The translations under genes and the position numbers were made by a program. Below, piece after piece: positions 9,676 through 19,322 of a DNA stretch of 64,000 nucleotides. The stretch is from Escherichia coli (lineage in GTDB: Bacteria; Pseudomonadota; Gammaproteobacteria; Enterobacterales; Enterobacteriaceae): the NCBI RefSeq assembly GCF_003334305.1, contig NZ_QOWS01000003.1. One strand, 5' to 3'. Every line of letters begins with the position of its first letter. Positions within the stretch are counted from its first letter, which is position 1. The notes beneath the pieces were generated by a model. That model was not told the origin of the DNA and searched no databases. It saw only the letters and a list, made by a program, of their open reading frames with translations.

Positions 9676-12600
9676 CTACAAACCAGTGGCAAAGGTAAGG
9701 CGCATTTTTACAATGCCTTTGTCTACAAGTCCTTTCTGTTGCTCAGGTGTTAACACGGGTTCCTGATTTTGGCTCAAAGCCTTATAAATCGGTTGCCAAT
9801 CCGCCAGTGTTAAGCCTGTATCATTTAATATTTGCTCACCTTGACTCTGCCATTTGGCCTGGGTGCTTTCACACACCTGTTGAAGTTCTCTGACACCCAA
9901 ATTGCTCACATCCTCCAGAGTCAACGCTGCTGGTTCCGCTTGCTTTTGAGAAGCCAATAGCGGTTTTAATAACGGCAGCCAGCTGTTTACCTGTGCGATG
10001 GAGTTGCGTCTTACTTGGTTTAGACGCTCTTCAATTTTAAGTAGCTGGCCTTGAATCGGTGTAAGTTGACCGCGTGCCGGTTTTAAAAGCTCTTCTGGTA
10101 AATCCCGTAACGATGAAAACTGCCCATTGCGCAAACTGTTTTGCATACTTTGACGCTTGCTCTCTGCATCACTGGGGAGATCGGCAATAGCATCTTCAAT
10201 GAGCTGTAATTTCATTACCAGTTTTGGTAGCTCTGCAATGTCATCGGCGAACTGATACTCAGCCGTGGCGCTACTAAGCCATTCTTGCAGTTGTTGTGCA
10301 CGTAGTTTTTGCTCTGTGAGGTTATTAACCAGCTTACTAAATCGTTCTTTGCAGTTGCGGTAGCTGGACAAAATATGCCCCTGAATCTCCGCTATCGGCA
10401 ACTGTTGATCATTGTGCAGGTTTAAACCCACTTCTTGCGCTAAGGCTGAAAGCTTGTCATGCGCTCTACCTAAATCGAGTTTACGCAGGTAATGCAGTAA
10501 GGTATCGCTATCTGCTTGCTGCTCTTTTCGGCCAGTGGCACTGCTGGTATCGTCTTTTAACGCTCCATCTAAAATATGACCTATGGTGCGCAGCGTGTTG
10601 GTGTACAGACGTTTCGGAAAATTCGTCAGCGGGGCACACTCTGTTTCAACATCTATGATTAAATCAACGAGTCGGTTGTTGATACGCTCAGCGCTGCACT
10701 CAACAAACTCGGCAAATAAACAGGCCTGTTCAATCCGTTGATAAAGCGAGGTCGTTTTGTCTTCTAAGCTGAGAATATGGGCATCTTTTAGCATAGGCCT
10801 GGAACTATTAAGCGGTTTAACCTTTGCTACCAGCTCCAGCACTTCAGCGCGTTTGTGGATAAGCCCTGCCAATACTTTCGTGTCGTTGGCCTCGACCATA
10901 TCAGCCAATTGTTCTTCTTGCTGTTTGAGCACGTTAAATAGCGATTGTGCTTTTTCCAGCTGCTCTTTAGCTTCCACGGTGACGAAACCCAGCTTATTTT
11001 TACCCAGTGGCGCGAACATTTCATTAATGCGTGCATAACCATACACGCGGCTCATGACTTCCACATTGGCTGCATAGCTGCCCATATCGTTACCACGGAA
11101 CCAGTTTTGCGCTTCTCTAATGGCATTTTCTAAGCGGGAGCGCGGGTAGTGCTCCCAAATTGCCTGTTTTTCTGTTGGATTGGTTAAAGTGAGTAAGTTC
11201 AGCTCTCCACACCACCACATCCAGTCATTAAACACGCCTTTGGCGGTAACACTCGTTTCAGCCACATAGGCGAAATAAAACTGTTGCTTAAAGCCTTCGA
11301 ATTGCCACTTGTGCTTTTTATTAGGGTGAGCAATACGGGCTAAAAATAATGGGATCTGCGCCTGGCTTCGCTGCACATTATTAAGTTCAGTAAATAGCCC
11401 GGCATGTTCATCGGCAGTGTAACCTTTGGCAATATAGCTGCCCGGCACCTTAAGTTTATCCAACAAGCTGCTCAGCTCATTCACTGGCACGCCGTGTTGC
11501 TGCTGTAAATCGAGAATGCCATTTAACTCAGGGTGAGCAATGGCCAGCTGATACCAGCCTTTAAACAACAGGTCTCGGTCATTCGGTGATAATTTACCAT
11601 CTACCTTTAACGGCCAGGCAATTAAACCGCGCTGCTGCAAACGCTGGCGCCACTTGTGAATGGCATCCGTGGCAAAGGTTGTCAGGGCATGCAGCTTGTT
11701 TTTGAATTTCGCGGTAAAGCTGTCGGCAGTTAAATTCACGCCGTGCAACTGACATGCTGCCAAACTTAAGCCAATACGCTCTAACTGGTCTGCTTCGCTT
11801 GGGTTGACATAATGCAGCAGTATCGCATCACGCAACTCATTTCTTTCATCCAGTCGGCTGTATTGCTCCATGAGATGTGCAGAAGCAGTTAACGCTAATA
11901 CTGGCGTGCGACCATTTTGGTGGCTGTGGTTTGCCGCAAAGGTGTGAAGATTGTTCAGCTCAATTAGGTTGCTGACCCAGGCAAACAAGGCTTTACCTTC
12001 TGGGTGAAGCTTAAATCCATCCAGGGTAAGTAAACCACCCTGGCGGCCACGGGGCTCGGTTAAAATGGCCAAAGGTGCATCGTCGCTGCCCGCTTTATTA
12101 CTCAGCAAGTTTTCATCATAGGTCCAGTTGTTATCAAGTAATCTCACAAAGCCCGTTACACGGGCTAATGCCTTGATGAGCGGCTTCTGGCTACTTTGTT
12201 TGCTAAGTTCACTCATTGCCTGTTCATGAGCGTCGCCCATGGCGGGATCTTTAAAAATCAGTGAGTTTTGCTGGGCACTGCGATAGCGCAAATCCAGGCG
12301 CAGTAACATCGCCACACTGGGGCCAATATGCGTTGCTTCGCTGGCGTCCAGTTCGGTAGTTTCACCCACTAGCTTGTGCCATAAGGCATCGGCAGCGAAT
12401 TCAATCGCTGGGTGGTCATACAGCAAGCTGAGTAAGTATTTAAACTCACCTTTTGACAGAGGTAGTAATACCGCGCCTTTATCGCCGCTTGCGGCTTGTT
12501 CTTTAATTGAAAAAGTACGCAGGTTATCCAGCAAAGTATCTAAGTTCAGCGCTTGATCTACTGCAGGGTAGTACCATTCATCTTTATCGCGGCGGAATTT

Positions 12601-13962
12601 GGCTTGCTCCAGGGCTTGTCGGCACTGTAGGCGGTCAATGCTCAGTTTGCGGTAATGAGCGGCTATGGGTTCCAGATCTTCGTTTTTCAGCGCCAGCAAT
12701 TCTGTGGCATAGCCCATTTCAGCTAAGCGCACGGGTAATTGGCCGTAGAGCAAACTACGACATTCGGTCAATAGTGCCTGGTCGCGAGTTTGAATGCCTT
12801 CTATCGCGCCTTTATCCAGCACATGCCTGGCTACGCGGCCAGAGCCTGCCAGCACAGCTTCAAATAAATCGCCCACATCCTTGATACTGCGGCCTGCTTG
12901 TTGGTATTGGCTCAGCACTGCATCCACATTAGCCATGACCACGTTAAACCAACCGAAGTTGGCACCACTCATGGCGTATGCAGCTTCCACTAAACCAGCA
13001 GGGTAATTAAAACCCAGCTTGCCGTCTTTTAAGAGGCTTGCCACATAGTCTGATACATCGGCAAAGGCATTATGCTCAAGTTCCACTAACTCAAAGCGGC
13101 GTGCGACCGATTGAATTTCGCGCAATTGCTGGCCAAGCAGTGGTGAACACAGCGCTACATAGCGCAACCATGGAAGTTTACGGCGAGGGTCTTCCTCTTT
13201 AATTGCTTTACCAATCAGGCGAATGGCCTGGCCATCGAGGCGTTTATTTTGTTCATCTTCCAGGCCAAAGGTGGCGGCTTCTGCAACGGTTTCCAGCTCA
13301 TCCAGCACCACCAACATATACTGCACGCCAAAGCTCTTTAATACTTTATAGGCGGCTTGCACCAAACTGACTACCAGCGTTTGGTCAGTATAGAGGTCTT
13401 CTTCGCTGTGGTTGGCGTTCAGCTGTAAGGCATCTGCTAACAGTTCAGATTTAAAGCCAAATGGCATTAAGCGTTCATAGGCTTGTTTGGCAATTTCACT
13501 TTGAATCGATCCATCAAAGGTTTGGGTGGCCAGTGGTAATAGCGCCTGATATAAACCAAAAGCAAACCAGTTATCCGAGTTTTGATAATCTGATGCCACT
13601 TGCGAGTAGCGAATGTAGAGCGCCAGGTATTTGTCTTGCGTGTCGCGATTAAACAGCTGCTTATCGTGCAGTTGGCCTTGTTCGTCGCGGACAAACCAGC
13701 CCCTTGAACAGTCGTTAATTTGTGCAACCAATTCATGGCCTAAACGTGATTTACCCCGACCCCATTCGGCTTCGACGGCAAACACATGGGCAAAGCGATC
13801 ATCGTCGTGATCCACCGTATGCAAAAAGGTTTGAAAGCGTTTAAAAAAGCGGCTCTGGCCCACTAACGGGTCGCGAGGTGGATAATCTGATACGCCCGTC
13901 GCCGCCCAGCGATGTTGTTTTGCCAGGCTATCAACCATCTGTTCGTTTAATTCAAAACTCAT
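9676..13962 (-). CDS. Giant protein (1428 aa) with an N-terminal KAP-type P-loop NTPase domain and about 1200 aa of helical extension
   Basis: Walker A AEWGRGKSRL (the GxWGxGKS pattern of KAP NTPases) near residue 65 and Walker B MLVVLDELE about 150 residues later; the remainder is long and uninterrupted. ATGA overlap with the upstream gene. Confidence 0.85.
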   Translation of the reverse strand: MSFELNEQMVDSLAKQHRWAATGVSDYPPRDPLVGQSRFFKRFQTFLHTVDHDDDRFAHVFAVEAEWGRGKSRLGHELVAQINDCSRGWFVRDEQGQLHDKQLFNRDTQDKYLALYIRYSQVASDYQNSDNWFAFGLYQALLPLATQTFDGSIQSEIAKQAYERLMPFGFKSELLADALQLNANHSEEDLYTDQTLVVSLVQAAYKVLKSFGVQYMLVVLDELETVAEAATFGLEDEQNKRLDGQAIRLIGKAIKEEDPRRKLPWLRYVALCSPLLGQQLREIQSVARRFELVELEHNAFADVSDYVASLLKDGKLGFNYPAGLVEAAYAMSGANFGWFNVVMANVDAVLSQYQQAGRSIKDVGDLFEAVLAGSGRVARHVLDKGAIEGIQTRDQALLTECRSLLYGQLPVRLAEMGYATELLALKNEDLEPIAAHYRKLSIDRLQCRQALEQAKFRRDKDEWYYPAVDQALNLDTLLDNLRTFSIKEQAASGDKGAVLLPLSKGEFKYLLSLLYDHPAIEFAADALWHKLVGETTELDASEATHIGPSVAMLLRLDLRYRSAQQNSLIFKDPAMGDAHEQAMSELSKQSSQKPLIKALARVTGFVRLLDNNWTYDENLLSNKAGSDDAPLAILTEPRGRQGGLLTLDGFKLHPEGKALFAWVSNLIELNNLHTFAANHSHQNGRTPVLALTASAHLMEQYSRLDERNELRDAILLHYVNPSEADQLERIGLSLAACQLHGVNLTADSFTAKFKNKLHALTTFATDAIHKWRQRLQQRGLIAWPLKVDGKLSPNDRDLLFKGWYQLAIAHPELNGILDLQQQHGVPVNELSSLLDKLKVPGSYIAKGYTADEHAGLFTELNNVQRSQAQIPLFLARIAHPNKKHKWQFEGFKQQFYFAYVAETSVTAKGVFNDWMWWCGELNLLTLTNPTEKQAIWEHYPRSRLENAIREAQNWFRGNDMGSYAANVEVMSRVYGYARINEMFAPLGKNKLGFVTVEAKEQLEKAQSLFNVLKQQEEQLADMVEANDTKVLAGLIHKRAEVLELVAKVKPLNSSRPMLKDAHILSLEDKTTSLYQRIEQACLFAEFVECSAERINNRLVDLIIDVETECAPLTNFPKRLYTNTLRTIGHILDGALKDDTSSATGRKEQQADSDTLLHYLRKLDLGRAHDKLSALAQEVGLNLHNDQQLPIAEIQGHILSSYRNCKERFSKLVNNLTEQKLRAQQLQEWLSSATAEYQFADDIAELPKLVMKLQLIEDAIADLPSDAESKRQSMQNSLRNGQFSSLRDLPEELLKPARGQLTPIQGQLLKIEERLNQVRRNSIAQVNSWLPLLKPLLASQKQAEPAALTLEDVSNLGVRELQQVCESTQAKWQSQGEQILNDTGLTLADWQPIYKALSQNQEPVLTPEQQKGLVDKGIVKMRLTFATGL

Positions 13963-15260
13963 AACGACGATCCTTGAAGGTTTATTCTATTGGCGGCGCG
14001 TTTTTTATTGGCATAGCAGTTTTGCGCCAGTTGCTTAATGGTCCGTTGTAACGTTTGGCTTTTGTAGCCAAATAGTGGTGCTAACGGCAGGCTATAACAG
14101 GCATCGCTGAAGCTTGTATGAATTCGATATTGGCCGGCCTCTCCACGACCCGCCTCGGTAAATTGCCAGATTTTTTTTGCCAACAATTCGGCAATGAATG
14201 AGCTCAGGACGCGGTTTAGGCGGTTGATGCTTTCCGTGTTCGCATCGAGTGCCGGGTAGAGGGGTATATTGAGCTCACCGAGCAGAAGCACAAGAAACTC
14301 GGCCAAACTACCCAGACTCACCTCATCACCTTCAATGCCCTGTACCGCCACATTTATTTGACCGGGGGCAAAGGCATTTTGCCCGGCAGGTAAGGTGAGC
14401 AACAAACCGCCACGTTGCTCGGCAGCCCAGGCATCTTGCACAAAGATAATTAGACTGAGTAAAAATAACCAGGGCTGTTGGGCGAATAGCTCGGTAAGCG
14501 GCATGTTGTCATGACCCGAGCGGGACACCAATAACCAATCGGCATTGGGTTTAAGGTTATGTTCATCAAGCAAGGTATTAGGGAGTGCTAACAACCGCCC
14601 ACTACACCAGTTATTTGTCAGTTGTTTTGCGGTGACATCCACCGCTTGTATAGGTGCCGGTGGTTCATTTTGTTCGCTCACGGTAAACAAGGTATAGCTG
14701 GTGCGCAAAATACGACATAGCGCGGGAATGGCAGCATTGTCGTTTAGGCTATGACCGAGCAAATCGCGTTCGGTTTGTGCCAGAGGGCCGGCAATGATTT
14801 GCGGCGTGGTGGCAGTGCTTTCCAGCTGGGCTAAGACCCATTCACTGGCATTGCCCAGTTGCTGAATGAGTTTAACCAATACCATTGTGTCACTCATCGT
14901 GCCTGCTTCCTGGCAGCGAGCGGCGGCTAAATTGATCCAATGTTGGCGAACATCTGGGTTTAAGCCCAACAACGCTAATTGCCATTCACCTGACTGGCTT
15001 AAATCGTTAAAGGCATCAAGCAATGGTGCAGTGAGGCTAAAGGCGCTAACGATATCCGTTTCAGCGTCGTTCTTTTTCGGCTGTATTATTGGTTGTAGCA
15101 GTGACCTAAGGGCAGGCACAGCCGCCAATAACAATGCTGCTTTGTTGGCGTTCAAACCACCTTGTTGCCAAAGCTGCAGGCAGAGGTTAAGTGCCGCTTC
15201 GCTATTTACGGGGTCGTTATATTGCCTGGTTGTACTGCTGTCCGTGCCCCTTGTCTCCAT
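13959..15260 (-). CDS. Hypothetical protein (433 aa)
   Basis: Complete ORF starting METRGTDSS; 2-nt gap to the upstream HsdS-like gene and 4-nt overlap with the downstream gene. No recognisable motif. Confidence 0.78.
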   Translation of the reverse strand: METRGTDSSTTRQYNDPVNSEAALNLCLQLWQQGGLNANKAALLLAAVPALRSLLQPIIQPKKNDAETDIVSAFSLTAPLLDAFNDLSQSGEWQLALLGLNPDVRQHWINLAAARCQEAGTMSDTMVLVKLIQQLGNASEWVLAQLESTATTPQIIAGPLAQTERDLLGHSLNDNAAIPALCRILRTSYTLFTVSEQNEPPAPIQAVDVTAKQLTNNWCSGRLLALPNTLLDEHNLKPNADWLLVSRSGHDNMPLTELFAQQPWLFLLSLIIFVQDAWAAEQRGGLLLTLPAGQNAFAPGQINVAVQGIEGDEVSLGSLAEFLVLLLGELNIPLYPALDANTESINRLNRVLSSFIAELLAKKIWQFTEAGRGEAGQYRIHTSFSDACYSLPLAPLFGYKSQTLQRTIKQLAQNCYANKKRAANRINLQGSSL

Positions 15261-15262
15261 CT

Positions 15263-16741
15263 TTACTCTTCAGCCTCCGCTTGCGCCGCCTCTTCCAGCA
15301 AACTGTATAACTCATCCACATCGCTAAATAGCGGTGTGGCACCTTCAATGGCATAACCCTCAGCGCTCAGTTTGCTTAAAATCGCTTGATCAAAGCTGCT
15401 GTCGCCATCTTCCAGGGCTTGTTGGGCCTGGATTAGTTGTTGCTCAGTCAGTTGGCCTTCGATTAATGACTCAACTAGAGTTTTGGCAGATGCTGTTAAC
15501 TTTTTTGCATATGCTGCCGTAGTAACGGCTAGTCTCAGCTTACTTCCTATTTCTCTATTCTTCGCTATGTCAATCGGAATCAGAATATTTAACAGGTTTT
15601 CTGAAGTCACTTTTGGTACAACGCTGCCAGTAGTCACACCTTTCCAACACGGAAAGTGTTTATCCAGGAACCTACAAATAGACTCAATATCATATTCATC
15701 TTTTACCTTTAAAACCCAAACATGGTTGTTTGCCCAAAACTTTCCATCAGCTACATTTGCACAGCCAATAGAGCCATCTTGCGCAATAATCAGATATTTA
15801 CCGTTGAAATTGAATTCGGTATGAGTATCTATTGGACCTGATGCGCCATAGTAAAAATATGGTCCGGGTACTCTGTCTTCCGATTTAATAGGGTCGCCAC
15901 ATTTGCATTTACTAATGAAATTAGATAGTTTTGATGAATTCCTAAAGGTCATTTGACTATCGGCCGCACGTGCAAACTCAGGAGCTAAAGACACTGCTGA
16001 TAATACCTGTTGTTTCATTCTTCTAGGTTTCAATGTTAATGAATCAACAAGGTTGAAGTGAAATAAATCTTTAATTTTTCTATCAGCCATTCCTTCAAGT
16101 CGTTTCGCCCAAGCGCGTAACTGCTCGGCTTGGCGAACTTTATCCCCGATGTATTTTTGGGCTAGAGGTAAAACTTTAGGAACCGCTAGCGAGCGGACAC
16201 TTGGGAAGTCAATTGCAGGGCGAGTTGCGCCATATGCTTCCTTCCAGATCGCTACTTGTCCGGTTTTGCTATTCAAATATGCCACCAAGAAATAGGCGTC
16301 AACTTTTTTGGGATCGGGCTTGAATCTGACTGAGTGCTGACTAATGTTGGCCGGTAGATGTTTAGCTGACACAACAGCCGATTTACCAAATTTTGCACCA
16401 GTAATCGTAAGTAAAACGTCGCCATCCACTAATCGGCTGCGCTTTAATTTTTCATCATCTTCATCGTTAATAAAAACAGCTTCTTCAGCTTGCAAGAACA
16501 TTTCTTCAACTTCAGAAGTGCGATAAAACTTAACACGGCCTTTTTCTAAATAATTTGCTCCTAAAGGTGTTGCGCCACTAGCCACCCCGCGCTTTGAATC
16601 AATTACCGCTTCTAGGGGCAAAGCACCTAGGTTGTCTTTTATCTTATTAATTTGTCTTTCAAATCGCGGTTGATAGTGCCAAGGATCAATCCGCCTTTCA
16701 GACAATTGTTCGGGTGTTCTTTTAAAAATAGTTGCCATCAC
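15263..16741 (-). CDS. Type I restriction-modification specificity subunit-like protein (HsdS-like, two target-recognition domains)
   Basis: Two repeated TRD-end segments (GATRPAIDFPSVRSLAVPKVLPLAQ and GVTTGSVVPKVTSENLLNILIPIDIAKNREIG) plus a helical C-terminus, resembling HsdS. Start is GTG at 16741 or ATG at 16738, overlapping the methyltransferase stop. Confidence 0.75.
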   Translation of the reverse strand: MMATIFKRTPEQLSERRIDPWHYQPRFERQINKIKDNLGALPLEAVIDSKRGVASGATPLGANYLEKGRVKFYRTSEVEEMFLQAEEAVFINDEDDEKLKRSRLVDGDVLLTITGAKFGKSAVVSAKHLPANISQHSVRFKPDPKKVDAYFLVAYLNSKTGQVAIWKEAYGATRPAIDFPSVRSLAVPKVLPLAQKYIGDKVRQAEQLRAWAKRLEGMADRKIKDLFHFNLVDSLTLKPRRMKQQVLSAVSLAPEFARAADSQMTFRNSSKLSNFISKCKCGDPIKSEDRVPGPYFYYGASGPIDTHTEFNFNGKYLIIAQDGSIGCANVADGKFWANNHVWVLKVKDEYDIESICRFLDKHFPCWKGVTTGSVVPKVTSENLLNILIPIDIAKNREIGSKLRLAVTTAAYAKKLTASAKTLVESLIEGQLTEQQLIQAQQALEDGDSSFDQAILSKLSAEGYAIEGATPLFSDVDELYSLLEEAAQAEAEE

Positions 16742-18885
16742 TCACCCCGCTTATAAGCCGATACAATCTTATCCAGATCGTTTGCGACACCGGCGTTATA
16801 GTCTTCGATATTGTTTTTCACCACATAACCCAATGTTTCAGCCACTGCCATAAACACGTCGGTTTGTGGCTCGGGCAAAAATTGCTCTGGCTGGTTGGGG
16901 TTAGCATGGCGTTTTTGTAAATACAAAATCGAGGTTTTGGCCCCCGTACCGGAGAGTTTAAAGCAGTCGCTCGGCAATGAAATTACTGCTTTTACAATAG
17001 CTTTACCGCCAACAAACTCGCCGGTTTTTTCGTCTTTTTTCCCCATAATGTACTCACGGACATAACGGTCGCCGGAGTTACATAAAATACCATCAGGCAG
17101 CACTATTAACAGGCGGCCACCGGGTTTAAGCAGTTGCAGGCAGCGGTCGATAAAAAGTACTGCTGGGTCAATAGTGGCACCTACCGGTTGCCAGTTGCCC
17201 TTGCTATCGGGCTTGCTGCCCAGCGCGAGCCCTGCGGTTGTAGGCTGCAGGCTGTAAAACGGCTTTTTATCAGTCCCGCCCGTTCTGCGCAAATCGGTAC
17301 GGTAGCCCGCCCATTTAGGCTCGCCGTTTTCATCCAGCTCTAAATCACCGATATCCTGCCACTTCATTTTCACGTGGTCATACCAGGCGTTGTAGCTATC
17401 AACGACTTTTTTGGTCGGACGAAAACCACCGAGCACTTGCTCCATATTGGCTTCGTAATTGGCTTTTGAGTTTTGACCATTTTTGCCTTTATCAAATTTA
17501 GGCGTACCGAACGGCGGGTTGGTGCAAATCAGGTCAAAGCTATTCGGCTTCAGAGCGTTAGTAGTGAGTGAGTTGTCGGTATAAAAAATCTGCGCTTTGG
17601 GGGCACCTTGCAATGCCATATTCACGCGGGCCAGCATTACCATGCGTGGTGCAGCATCGGCACCGGTAAATGCACAGTCGCGTAATTTTTGTTTCAATGA
17701 TTCTTTTTTATCGTCGGCCAGCACCAGCTTAAAATCGATCCATTTATCAATCTGGCTTAACGCCACCGAGCCAAAACCAAAGGAGCCACAGGTGGGGTCG
17801 CAGAAACGAAAATCGCCATTGGCTAAGCGCGATCGCATTTCATCGTCATCGTCGATGTCGTGCATAGCAATTTCTAGCATGGCCTGTTTTACTGGGTTTG
17901 GTGTTAAATAAACGCCAAGGCCACCTTTGGATTCAAAGTTAGCGCGTAGGAATACATCAAACACTCTGCCTAGTAAATCTCCTGACACATCAGCCAACGT
18001 GCCGTGTTCTTTCGCGATTTTACCGTCGTTGGTTTTTACCGGACCCAGGTTTTGTATTGCTTCCAGCAAATCCTGATAGTTTTTCGCAACAGACAGTCGC
18101 AGGTGTGTTTCTTTACTAAAGATGGGGTTACGTGAGCCATCATCTGAGATCACAACGTAGTTTTCGTGGCTTTTAAATTCCTCAAAGGCGGCTTTGATTT
18201 GGGCAACGGCTTTATCGCCGTGGCTCTCCACATATTGCCAATCAAAGACATCACGAAAACGCAGGGTATTTCCCTCATCATCTTTAAAGGTAAGGTCTTC
18301 ATCGTGATGCAGGCGGAAAGTTTCTAAAAACAGAAGCTTAGCTACTTCTTCAATAATGTCGTTCTTGTCGTTTACCTTGTCTTTGGTAACGCGATAAACA
18401 TTTTCATGGAAGGCATCAAATCGCTGCATTAAGCGTGTATAAACACGCATCGACCAGCGAAAGGTTGGATCACGCTCCATGCGATCAAAGCTACGTAATT
18501 CTTCCAGACCAGGCAGGGTATCTGCACCGTGGGTACCGTCAGATCCATCGGCACCGAACAAGGCCAAAATACGTTGGTTCAAGCCATCGTCCACAACGGC
18601 ATATACTGGCCAGTCACCTTCGATATCACTTAACAGCTGATAGGCTAAATCATCAAACTTTGCAGTGTCAGCGGCGTATTCCCAATGGCCTTCTGTCAGC
18701 GCAATCAACATGACTGGTGGCGTTAAGTTGCCTTCAACCAGGCCTTGAATGAGACCAGCCTTGGCGAATTCATGCTCGGGTAATTCGACCAATGGCTGAG
18801 TAAACTCGGAGTGCTGTTTGACCAGTTTATTGAACAGTGCTTCTAGCTGCTGTTGCGGGTCTTGTTTTTTTGCTTCTTTTGCCAT
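16738..18885 (-). CDS. N6-adenine DNA methyltransferase (HsdM-like) with an extra N-terminal region of about 350 aa
   Basis: 715 aa; AdoMet motif I-like DPTCGSFGFG and catalytic motif IV NPPFG; the domain order resembles the type I M subunit. Confidence 0.85.
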   Translation of the reverse strand: MAKEAKKQDPQQQLEALFNKLVKQHSEFTQPLVELPEHEFAKAGLIQGLVEGNLTPPVMLIALTEGHWEYAADTAKFDDLAYQLLSDIEGDWPVYAVVDDGLNQRILALFGADGSDGTHGADTLPGLEELRSFDRMERDPTFRWSMRVYTRLMQRFDAFHENVYRVTKDKVNDKNDIIEEVAKLLFLETFRLHHDEDLTFKDDEGNTLRFRDVFDWQYVESHGDKAVAQIKAAFEEFKSHENYVVISDDGSRNPIFSKETHLRLSVAKNYQDLLEAIQNLGPVKTNDGKIAKEHGTLADVSGDLLGRVFDVFLRANFESKGGLGVYLTPNPVKQAMLEIAMHDIDDDDEMRSRLANGDFRFCDPTCGSFGFGSVALSQIDKWIDFKLVLADDKKESLKQKLRDCAFTGADAAPRMVMLARVNMALQGAPKAQIFYTDNSLTTNALKPNSFDLICTNPPFGTPKFDKGKNGQNSKANYEANMEQVLGGFRPTKKVVDSYNAWYDHVKMKWQDIGDLELDENGEPKWAGYRTDLRRTGGTDKKPFYSLQPTTAGLALGSKPDSKGNWQPVGATIDPAVLFIDRCLQLLKPGGRLLIVLPDGILCNSGDRYVREYIMGKKDEKTGEFVGGKAIVKAVISLPSDCFKLSGTGAKTSILYLQKRHANPNQPEQFLPEPQTDVFMAVAETLGYVVKNNIEDYNAGVANDLDKIVSAYKRGE

Positions 18886-18935
18886 GATGTTTTCTAAAAT
18901 CCTTTAATACAGCCAATGGTTACTACAAATGCCGG

Positions 18936-19322
18936 CTAATTTATCAGTACCAGCAAGGGGCCTTTAATCTCTATCTGCGCGTGCTTCTGTGCCAGTTTGC
19001 GTATCTGCTGTTCACTGGTCGTAATACCAGCAGGGAGCTTTTTCAGTACTTGTGCAAGGGGCATGCGCCCACCAGCTTGATGCAACAATGATACCAAATG
19101 TGCCGCGATATCAGGTATAACCTGGTACGTTGCCGTTGTGGGCCCTTTTAGATGATTACTTTGAGGCAATGAGGCAAGCCATAGCGAAACTTGAGACTGG
19201 CTAAAGCCAAGTGTTTGCCAGAGGGTTTGGTTCTCATTAAATACAACGGCGGCGCTTCTGGGAGTTGCTGTTTGCTGAGTTATTAGTTGTTCCAGGCTTT
19301 GTCGCTGGTATTCATGGGTCAT
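18936..19322 (-). CDS. Small hypothetical protein (128 aa), possibly helix-turn-helix
   Basis: ATGA overlap with the McrC-like gene stop; a 50-nt gap precedes the methyltransferase gene. The segment TLWQTLGFSQSQVSLWLAS loosely resembles an XRE-type HTH (weak). Confidence 0.65.
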   Translation of the reverse strand: MTHEYQRQSLEQLITQQTATPRSAAVVFNENQTLWQTLGFSQSQVSLWLASLPQSNHLKGPTTATYQVIPDIAAHLVSLLHQAGGRMPLAQVLKKLPAGITTSEQQIRKLAQKHAQIEIKGPLLVLIN

